Source: a virus. Taken from it: 64,000 nt of DNA. How positions within the stretch are numbered: the stretch's first letter is position 1; each line of letters begins with the position of its first letter. The position numbers were made by a program, and so were the translations under genes. The DNA is taken from the IMG/VR virus record IMGVR_UViG_3300021356_000002, one strand, 5' to 3'. This document shows positions 38,550-47,900 of the stretch, piece after piece. A model generated the notes under the pieces. That model was not told the DNA's origin. It saw nothing but the letters and a program-made list of their open reading frames with translations, and searched no databases.

Positions 38550-39699
38550 AAAAGTCGCCGCCTTCGAATTCCAACAGTGAAACCTGCCCGTTAGAATCGA
38601 TAGTGAACTGTGCAGAATCGAAAAACGCTACGCCAGGCGTAGTTGAAGTAGCCGTTGGAACTGAAATGGTTAATTTGTCGCTATCGTCTGCGTATGTTAA
38701 AATGATAGCCTGACCTGCACGTAACAATTGGAACACATCGCTGTCAATAAACTCGCTTAGTGTTCTTTCACCAATATTGACTTCACCATTGAACGTTGCA
38801 GTAGAATCGAATGTAGTTGTACCTTGAATCGTTAATGCGCCAGGAATATCAAGGCTTGAATCGATTCTAAGATTATTGACGATAGCAGAGTCGAGTGTAG
38901 TAAGTCCTGATACATCGAGCGTATCATCAAATACACCAGCACCACTTACAGTGATTTTACCAGCAAAGGTAGCACTGTCGTTGAATGCGGCTAAACCTAA
39001 AACACTTAAATTACTATCGACTGTGAGATTATCAACGTTGATACGATCAGCAATAATCTCTACGATGGTTTGTGTGCCAAGCACTTGCAGATCGTTAAAG
39101 ATTGCAGAATCAGATACCGTCAGTCTACCCAGCGTAGCACTGTCTAAATCGATTGAACCGGCTTTTAATTCGTTGACTTTACCTTCGGAGTCTGTTATAA
39201 TAGCACTAGAAGCAGTTAGTACACCATGTGGATGATTCAGTAGATCAGTAAAATACTTACCACCGATTACATCAATGCGTTCTGCTTGTAGTACGCCCGC
39301 AACTGACGAATCGCCGCCAGCACCAATGAACAGACGATCACCGCCTAAGCCGAAGCCATCTGCGGAACTACCAGAGTCTGAAAGATATGAGTATGCTAAT
39401 TCACCTGTTCTTAAAACAAGTGGATCGCCCTGAGTGCCCGAGCGACGAATAAGAATCTGTGCACGATCTGAGTCAGATGGATAAACACGCCCATCGACGA
39501 TCTGCTTTCGAAGTGTTAGTGTGGCTTTCCAGTTACCTGACGCCGAGTCGTATTCGAAGAGTGAACCGTCTACTGCACCCGATGTGACAAGACCTGTGAT
39601 TGCATCAATGTCGGCACTAGCAGAAATAACAGCAGTACGATATGGAGTACCGTACGTTATCTTGCTTACTAATGTCCTGTTTCCTACTTGTACTGACAT
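38548..39699 (-). CDS. virion structural/fibre protein, DS-rich
   Basis: ILIRRSG...LRTGELAYSY...GGDRLFIG...IGGKYFTDLL motif typical of marine phage fibres. Confidence 0.7.
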   Translation of the reverse strand: MSVQVGNRTLVSKITYGTPYRTAVISASADIDAITGLVTSGAVDGSLFEYDSASGNWKATLTLRKQIVDGRVYPSDSDRAQILIRRSGTQGDPLVLRTGELAYSYLSDSGSSADGFGLGGDRLFIGAGGDSSVAGVLQAERIDVIGGKYFTDLLNHPHGVLTASSAIITDSEGKVNELKAGSIDLDSATLGRLTVSDSAIFNDLQVLGTQTIVEIIADRINVDNLTVDSNLSVLGLAAFNDSATFAGKITVSGAGVFDDTLDVSGLTTLDSAIVNNLRIDSSLDIPGALTIQGTTTFDSTATFNGEVNIGERTLSEFIDSDVFQLLRAGQAIILTYADDSDKLTISVPTATSTTPGVAFFDSAQFTIDSNGQVSLLEFEGGDF

Positions 39700-39706
39700 A
39701 CTGACC

Positions 39707-40060
39707 TCATGTTACCGAAGGCGTTACTGTTATAAGTCCTTCAAGAACTCTTTCTACGATAGTGTTGGCATCGCTATCTTGATATGAGATTTCCATATCA
39801 TAGACATATTTTCTCTTACTATTTAGCGTATCTGTGACGGTGTTTGTCAAAGATAAGTTAACGATACCTGCGGTCGGAGGAACAGTGACATAAGCGTCGA
39901 ATGAAATTTTGTCAGAACTGTCAACATCATATCGCGTACTCATTTTAGCCGCGGCTGAATAGCCTGACAAATCTTTTGCCGAACCATCGATGTTCGTAAG
40001 ATACACGTCCAGGGAAACGTCTGTTCCCTGATCGATAGTTAATTCTTCATACCTTGCCAT
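39707..40060 (-). CDS. small virion structural protein (Ig-like adaptor)
   Basis: IDQGTD...DLSGY...LSLT...YVYDMEI...RVLEG..TVTPSVT pattern. Confidence 0.7.
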   Translation of the reverse strand: MARYEELTIDQGTDVSLDVYLTNIDGSAKDLSGYSAAAKMSTRYDVDSSDKISFDAYVTVPPTAGIVNLSLTNTVTDTLNSKRKYVYDMEISYQDSDANTIVERVLEGLITVTPSVT

Positions 40061-40093
40061 AAGTCTCTAACCTAAAAATGAATCTTATGGCTC

Positions 40094-40101
40094 TATTTAT
40101 A
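40094..40101 (-). promoter_or_regulatory. T4 late promoter TATAAATA
   Basis: Exact match upstream of ORF 40060. Confidence 0.8.
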
Positions 40102-40106
40102 ATAAT

Positions 40107-40787
40107 TTAGGCGTGAATGTCTTCAATAATCCAATCTTGCATTCCTACAGCCATCTCTGATCTGTCGAGTACAAATGCAACTGTCATACGTAAACCTGTG
40201 TCCCCGTTCCGTGCTGTATGATATACCAGCTTCTCTTCAGGATCTTCGTATGCACCAAAGTAACCAACTTTACATTGCCAGCCTTTTTTATCAGGTATTG
40301 TTACCATTTCTTTCTTTTCATTGTCCCAGTGCTTCCACCAGCCGTCGCCAGTTTCGCTCCAAGTAAACACACAATTGAATGCTGAAGCATTCGCATTGTT
40401 GTGCCAAGAAATATATCCACCTGGCGGATAAACCGCAAATAGAGCATTACGTTTCAAATTGAACGTAGTTTGTATTTTTTGTAAAAACGCTTCCTGTTTT
40501 AGAGAGACTTCAGGAATTTTTGCTTGCGAAACTTTCTCTTTAGAGAAATGCATTTGTCCGATACCAAAGCCATGCGACACAACAACTTCTGGAAATCCAC
40601 CGTGACCCATACCTTGTGACTTAATAAGTTTAAAATATGCATCACCTGTATAATAGTCGGCGTCTTCTTTATTATGTTTGTCGGCTTTTGTCTTTACGAC
40701 AGCCTCGTAATTTTTATCTCTGGTAAACCAAAGTGCATCGTTCAAAATGTCGATAGCAAAATCGTTTAACGGTATGTCTCTCATCAA
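40107..40787 (-). CDS. putative 2OG-Fe(II) oxygenase / cupin-fold hydroxylase
   Basis: YPPGGYISWHNN...VYH...RMTVAF matches the H...H...RxS/T layout, with Asn in place of the usual Asp/Glu. Confidence 0.6.
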   Translation of the reverse strand: MMRDIPLNDFAIDILNDALWFTRDKNYEAVVKTKADKHNKEDADYYTGDAYFKLIKSQGMGHGGFPEVVVSHGFGIGQMHFSKEKVSQAKIPEVSLKQEAFLQKIQTTFNLKRNALFAVYPPGGYISWHNNANASAFNCVFTWSETGDGWWKHWDNEKKEMVTIPDKKGWQCKVGYFGAYEDPEEKLVYHTARNGDTGLRMTVAFVLDRSEMAVGMQDWIIEDIHA

Positions 40788-41521
40788 AACTCCATGTGCT
40801 TCGCTTCCGAAGCAGAATAATGTCTAATAACAACAGGCTTCTTGTTGTGAGCATATTTATAGCGCGAGAAATAGTTCCATCTGGCATCATCTTCAAAAAT
40901 GCCCACTTTCAAGTCTTGATACTTTGGCTCTTTGTTTACAAGCCACCAAAGAGAAAACTGATCCCATCGTGACAATGATTTAGGATGAGTTTCATAATCT
41001 GCTTCGCCTTTTTCATTTATTGGCCACCATGTACCAGCATACTGTCGTACAGTGAGATCATACCAATCGTCCATAAACTCACGTACCAATGGATTGCGCA
41101 TGTCATACAGACAGACTGCTCCGCATAGTTCGAACTGACCACCAGGCCATTTTAGTTCTGCATAACAGTAAGAGCGTTCTTCGGGCAGACCAGTGTACAT
41201 CACATCATAGCCATTCAGTTCGTCAAAGACATGTTCAATGTCTTCATGCTCGACCTCAGTGTCGGCGTCAATGTAAAATGTAATATCCCACGGTGATTTT
41301 GCCATACCCCAAAGCTTGGCTCGCTTGTGATCGTTGCAGAAAATTATTTCGTCTGCGAGTCTTCGTCCTCGATCATCAAGAAATCTTTCTTCGCAGACCA
41401 AACAAATATTTGCGTCAGGATAGAAATCCCGAATTGAGTCCATTAAATTACATGCAGAAGCATAAAAGAAACTTCGCCGTGACGCAACGATTACGTAACC
41501 TTTAGTTGGCTCCTGCGTCAT
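40784..41521 (-). CDS. putative GT-A fold glycosyltransferase
   Basis: KGYVIVAS, SPWDITFYIDADT (DxD), WDQFSLW, RWN, VIRHYS; GGAG SD before MTQEP. Confidence 0.78.
   Translation of the reverse strand: MTQEPTKGYVIVASRRSFFYASACNLMDSIRDFYPDANICLVCEERFLDDRGRRLADEIIFCNDHKRAKLWGMAKSPWDITFYIDADTEVEHEDIEHVFDELNGYDVMYTGLPEERSYCYAELKWPGGQFELCGAVCLYDMRNPLVREFMDDWYDLTVRQYAGTWWPINEKGEADYETHPKSLSRWDQFSLWWLVNKEPKYQDLKVGIFEDDARWNYFSRYKYAHNKKPVVIRHYSASEAKHMEF
40854..40861 (-). promoter_or_regulatory. possible internal late promoter TATAAATA upstream of the oxygenase
   Basis: Exact match inside the 3' end of the glycosyltransferase gene. Confidence 0.4.
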
Positions 41522-41978
41522 CTTTGTCTCCATAATAGCCCAATTCTTTCGCAATCAAAACTGCACATAGCGCATTCATTTCCACTGCACTTTGCGCTCG
41601 ACGGATTTTGCCACGTAATATACGATCTTCAGAATTTTTAATTTGCTCAATTTCAAAAGCCTGAAGTTTGAGATTAAAAAGTTGCTCTAGTTCAGCAGTC
41701 TTTTTCTTTTGCTCGTGATGTGCGCGTTTTTCTCTGTTCTCGCGCTCTTTTCGCTCTTTGCGTTCAGCGGTATTTTCGTCGATCTTTACGACACCAACTT
41801 TGTCAACCACTTCTTTATAATGAGGGCATTCAGAACCGTCCGGACGAATCTTGCGAAACTCCATTACGTCTTTTTTCTTACCCTTTTGACCTTCAAGCGT
41901 AGTTAGCCTAATACATTTTAGAACTGAGCGATCCTCCGTTTCCCAAAATGCATTATCTAAGTACTCATACTTTGCCAT
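41502..41978 (-). CDS. hypothetical protein (charged, helical; possible fibre assembly factor)
   Basis: GGAG SD; directly downstream of the giant repeat gene; overlaps the glycosyltransferase. Confidence 0.7.
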   Translation of the reverse strand: MAKYEYLDNAFWETEDRSVLKCIRLTTLEGQKGKKKDVMEFRKIRPDGSECPHYKEVVDKVGVVKIDENTAERKERKERENREKRAHHEQKKKTAELEQLFNLKLQAFEIEQIKNSEDRILRGKIRRAQSAVEMNALCAVLIAKELGYYGDKDDAGAN

Positions 41979-41993
41979 AATTTACTCCATATT

Positions 41994-44900
41994 TTAAGCA
42001 ACACGTACGTATAATGTATATGTCTCAATTGTTACCGGTGTTGATGTTAATTTAGCGTCATCCAAATATGCTTCTGCAATGTTAACTACCAAGTTGTAAT
42101 CAGATTCGTAACTAGAACCTTCGTATGGTGAACCGCCATAAACTTCTAAGTCGCCTGTGCCTTCAAACGCACCTATGTATTCTTCAGCATCATCGCCAGT
42201 AATATAAGTGCTGTAGTCTTGAGTCGATTCGAAATCGGAAGAGTAAGTCTCTACATATGCATCACCAGTATAACTGACTTCAATGTTTCTTGTATAGTCT
42301 AATGATATGTAGTCAACCGAAAACTCTTGGGAATACGATTGTTCAGTGTAGTTTGAAAGATACTCGCCAACATAATCTCCTGGTGCACCTTCATAGTCGG
42401 GCGTATAGTCACCAGTATAAACTGTTTCGTATGTCGGAGTATAGTTACCGATATATGCAGTAACATAAACGTCTTGTGCTATGTAGTCTTCAAGGTAATC
42501 AGACTCATAATCTTGTACATATGTTTCAACAAAATCACCAGTGTAGTCAACTTCATAATTGCCTGTGTACGTTACGATAAAGTCGCCTGTATACTGTCCT
42601 TCAAAATTAGAAAGGTAATCGCCTGAGTAATTCGCTTGATAGTTACCAGTGTAATCAGACAAGTAATCGCCAGTATACTGACCTTCAAATATTGATACAA
42701 AATCGCCTGTATACACAGATTGATAGTTACCGATATATGCTTTTACGTAATCGCCAACATATTGACCTTGGAAAATCTGTAAGAAGTCCCCAGTGTAAAT
42801 TGCGACATAATCGCCAGTATAGTCAGACTGATAATTGCCAGTATACTGACCTTCAAAGTCTTGTACGAAGTCTGCTTCATAAGTTTCTAAGAAGTTGCCA
42901 GTGTAGTTTACGTTAAAGTCGCCGACATACTGTCCTTCAAACGTAGCAAGAAAGTCGCCTGTATAGCCTGATGTATAATCGCCTGTGTACGTAGTTTCAT
43001 AGTTTCCTTCGTATTGGCCCGCAAACCCTTGCAAGAAATCGCCAGAGTAAACCGCAGTAAAATCACCAGTGTAGTCTTGCAAGAAGTTTCCAACATACTG
43101 ACCTTCAAACGTGGCAGTGAAGTTACCTTGATAATTTGATACGTAGTTACCAGAGTATTGTGCCTGAGCATATGTCGAAATATAATCACCAGTATAGATG
43201 TTGGTAAAGTCACCCGTGTAAACTTGAGTAAAGTCACCGCCATATACTTGATCAGCATAATTTCCTATGTAGTCACCAGTATATCGAGAAATATAATCGC
43301 CTTGATAATTACCAGTATATTGAACAGCAAAATTGCCAGTATAGTTCGATATGTAATCACCAGTATACTGTTGCGAAACAAAGTTGGCTGTAAAGTCGCC
43401 AGTGTAATCAGAGATATAATCGCCAGTATATGTTGTGACGAAGTTACCAGTGTAGTTTGCTTGAACGTATACTGTAGTATATGTGCCAGTATATGTTGCT
43501 AAAAAATCACCAACATATTGACCCTGGAAAGTCTGAGTAAAGTTTGACTGATACTGAGTGTTAAAATCAGCATTGTATGTCTGTAAGAAATCACCGACGT
43601 ACTGCCCTTGGAATGTGGCTGTGAAACTAGAAACATAGTTGCTGAGATAATTACCAGTATACTGTGCCGCAAAGTTACCAACATATTGTCCCTGGAACGT
43701 AGCAAGAAAATCACCAACATAGTTTCCAGTATAAGCCGCCGTAAAATCGCCAGCATATTGTGAGATATAGTTACCAGTGTATGGTGCAGTAAAGTTGCCG
43801 ACATATTGACCCTGGAAAGTCTGAGTAAAGTCGCCAGTATATTGTTGAGTAAACGTTGCGACATAACCTGATACGTAGTTACCTTGATACTGACCTTGGA
43901 AAGTCTGTAAGAAGTCGCCAACATACTGACCTTGGAACGTACCCAAGAAGTCTCCCACGTAATTCGATACGTAGTTACCCACATAGTTCGCATCAACAAA
44001 GGTCGCTAAGAAATTGCCTTGATAGGTTCCAGTGTAGTTACCCGTATATGTTCTTAAAAAGTTACCTGAGTAGTTTGCATCAACGAACGTCTGAGTGAAG
44101 TTGCCCGTGTATCGTGACACATAGTCTCCCGAGTAACTTGCAGTAAAGTTACCCGTATAGTTTGCATCAACGAACGTCTGGGTAAACGAACTGGTATACG
44201 ATTGATTAATTGTTCTTGTATACTGACCAGTATAGTTACCAGTATAGTTCGCATCAACGAATGTTATGTTGACAGCAGAAACGTAACTACCAACGTACGA
44301 CTGTTGAATCGAGCCAACATAGGTTTGCTGAATCGAGCCAACATATGTTCCTGTATAAGTGCCGCCGCCACCAGTATATCCGCCAGTGTATGTTAATCCA
44401 GTTAAAAGGAATCTTCTTCGAACTTCATAATATCGATAGGTCCCGCTGAAGCTGCCAGTGCCGAATCGGAAATTACCTCTATCATATTCATAGCCTCCTC
44501 GAACAACCGGAGTTGTCAATCCAGGTTCGGTCAGTGCGTAAATGGTGCTAGCCCAACGAAGCTGGTTATTACTTTCTATTCCGCTATTTCGAGGCTGAAA
44601 AGTCCGCCAGTAATATTGAGGAGAACTAAAAGTGAAGAAATACGCTGAATAGGCACCTGGACCAACGTAGCCGCCTTGATAAGAGGTTGCGGCACTTGCA
44701 TAACCACCAAGATAGTTTCCGACATATGTGCCAGTGTAGTTACCGACATATGTGCCTGTGTAAGTCCCTTGATAATTTGCAGAAAACGAACCCGTATACT
44801 GCCCTTGGAACGTAGCGGCAAATGAACCTGTATAACTTTGGTTGATTGTTCTTGTATACTGACCAGTATAGTTACCAACATACTGTCCCTGGAATGTGGC

Positions 44901-47900
44901 TAAGAAGTCGCCCAAATAAGCCTGAATAAAGTTGCCATCATAGTTGGCTAAGAAATCACCAACGTACTGACCCTGGAATGTTCCTAAGAAGTCACCAGTA
45001 TATCGAGCAACAAAGCTACCAGCGTATCCAGATACGTAATCGCCTTGATACTGACCTTGGAACGTAGCAGTAAAGTCGCCTGAGTAAGTTGCTAAAAAGT
45101 TACCAGTATAGTTCGCGTCAACGAACGTCTGTAAGAAGTTGCCTGTATAGTTCGCTTGTGCGTAATTCGAAATGTAATCACCAGCATATGTTACGTTACG
45201 ACCTCCAGTATATTGAGCCGTAAAGTTGCCCACATAGTTCGCATCAACGAACGTTGTAACAAAGTCACCGGTATAACGGGCAAGAAAATCGCCAGAATAT
45301 TGTGCGAGGAAGTTACCAGTGTAAGCCGCACGAATATAATCCGAAGCATAATTACCAGTGTAGTTTGCATCAACGAATGTAGTTAGAAAATCGCCTTGAT
45401 AGTTTGCGGTAAAGTCGCCAGTGTAAGTAGCGGCAAAGTTACCAGTATAGTTGGCTTGCACATAAAGCGAAACGTAGTTACCAGTATATGCCTGCAAGAA
45501 ATTACTCTCGTATTGCGAGATGTAATCGCCTGTATAGTTAGCAGAAATAAATGTGTTTACAAAGTTACCAGTGTACGGCTCTTCGTAAACAGTAACGTAC
45601 TGCCCTTGGAATGTCTGAACAAAATCACCGACATAATTCGAAGTGTAGTTACCAGCGTACGTCGAAAGATAGTTACCAGTGTACTGACCTTCAAACGCTT
45701 GAGTGAAGTTGCCTGAATAAGTAACTAAGAAGTCACCAGTATAGGTAGCTGTGACGTAATTTGATACGTAGTTACCGTCATAGTTGACTTGATAATTGCC
45801 CTGATACTGACCCTCGAAGCCTTGAATGAAATTACCAGTATAATTCTGCGTAAAGTTACCAGTGTATTGAGACTGATAGTTACCTTGATACTGTCCTTCG
45901 AACGTTGCAATAAAGTCGCCAGAATAACTTACAATGAAGTCACCGGTGTATTGTGCTTGAGCGTAGTTTTGTGTAAAGTCGCCAGAGTATTGAGACTGAT
46001 AATTTCCTGTATAGTCAGAAATATAGTTACCGGTGTAAGTCTGTTGCTCATAGGTACCAATATAATCGCCAGAATAGTCTGACTGATAGTTACCCTGATA
46101 TTGAGACTGATAGTTACCAGTGTACTGCGCTTGAGCATAAGTCTCAGTGAAATTGCCAGTATAGATGTCAGTAAAGTCACCGGTATACTGTTCTATGAAA
46201 TTACCACCGTAGACTAGCTGAATATAAGTTTCTAAGAAGTCGCCTGTATAGGGCACTTGATATTCAGAAGCGTATTGTGACTGGTAATTACCAGTATAAT
46301 TTTCTTGTGCGTAAGTGACTGTGTAAGACGTTGAATATGCCTGAAGAAAATCACCCGTATAGGGCTGAGTAAAGTTACCAGCATACTCTGTCTGAATATA
46401 GTTGACAGTAAAATTGCCTTCGTAATTTTCTGTGTAGTCACCAGTGTACACATCGATGTAATTGCCAGTATAGACATCATCGATATAATTCTCTGTAAAG
46501 TTACCGCTGTAGTCGATAACATAATCACCGACATATAGCTCAGTGAAGTTACCTGTATATTCTTCTTCAACATAAGCGGCAACGTAGTTACCAGTGTAGA
46601 TAACTGGCGCATCACCATACAATTCAGCATAGTCTGCGGCATACACTTCAAGCGTATCATCCGCTTCGTAGATAGTTGTATACTGCTCTTCGACTGTAAG
46701 ACCAGAATAGTTAGGAATATATTCTCCTTCGTAACCGCTCTCATAGGATTGTGCGTACGTAAGAAGATAATCACCTATGTAACTTTGTGCGTAGTCGCCG
46801 CTAAACGTACCAATGTACGTAGCCTCATAATCACCAGTATAGGAAGATGAATACGTAGCACCGTATTCGCCAACATAGTTCGATTCATATGTGTCTACGT
46901 AATTTCCGATATAGTCAGGAACATAAGACCCTTGATACTGTGAAGTGTAATTGACATCATACGAATCAACTGAGACATAAGCAGTCTCAGATTCGTATGT
47001 CAAGTTGGTATCAATCGCAGAACCACGTGCTTCCCAAGTTCCCGGAGCAGTCGGTGGACCATCAGCAGAAGATCGAAGTTGATATTTACCAATGCCAGTG
47101 TCTTGAATGACTTGCTTCATTCGCTCGCCGAAGGTCATCTCAACTTCAGCATCACCAAGATGCTTGATTCCTTCAAACTTGTTAGTCACTGCTTGACGTA
47201 AAGGCGAAATGGGCTTAACTACTGCTGGAACAGTTGAGTCTGTCTTAACCCAGATAGAATATGTTACAAGAGATCCATCGCCTCGAGTGTCTTCGAATAC
47301 GTCTGCGATAAACTCTGACCACTGTGCGCCTGGAGATACTGTAGCAAGTCGATACTGACCAGGATAATCGTTCGAAAATATTTTTAAAAGAAGTCGTTGT
47401 ACTACAACGTCGAGTTCTGCATCGCTCATTTCTTTCAAGCCAGCAGGCGTTGCAGTTCTATCCCAGTAAAGTGGATTCTTTTTCAGATCACTGTCGTTGT
47501 CAATTATTGCTACAGCCGTATCGTTCTGATATAACTCATACAGAGTGGCAGAAGTAGTTGGCTTCAACTGTGGCTCTACACGCACAGAGGTTAGTACCTC
47601 AGCATCGCTCGCACCAGCAACACTATTTTGCAGATCAGTAGTAGAACCGTTGATAGTAAAGTTGATTACGCCATCGTCAGTGATGGGAACAGTCCACGTG
47701 ACTTCATAAGAGCCAGTGAGATTGCCATCAGGATAATTTTCCCACGAAACAGAACGACCGTTTGAAGTTGTGTGAGTCGCAGTAGGCGTTGTCGATGTTG
47801 TAATCGTGCCTATTGCCGCAGAACCCGAAATACCCAACTGATATTCGATTTCTTCAAATCCAACACCAGTATTTGTTGCGGTGCCTTGGAGCGTTAGTTC

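Noticed and set aside
44400-44660. Diversity-generating retroelement target
   Set aside because: No reverse transcriptase and no template/variable repeat pair differing at adenines is visible in the window.
42060-46980. Ice-nucleation protein or CRISPR/tandem DNA array
   Set aside because: It lacks the AGYGSTxTA 16-mer and TxT ladders. The repeats are in-frame, degenerate at synonymous sites and have no spacer structure.
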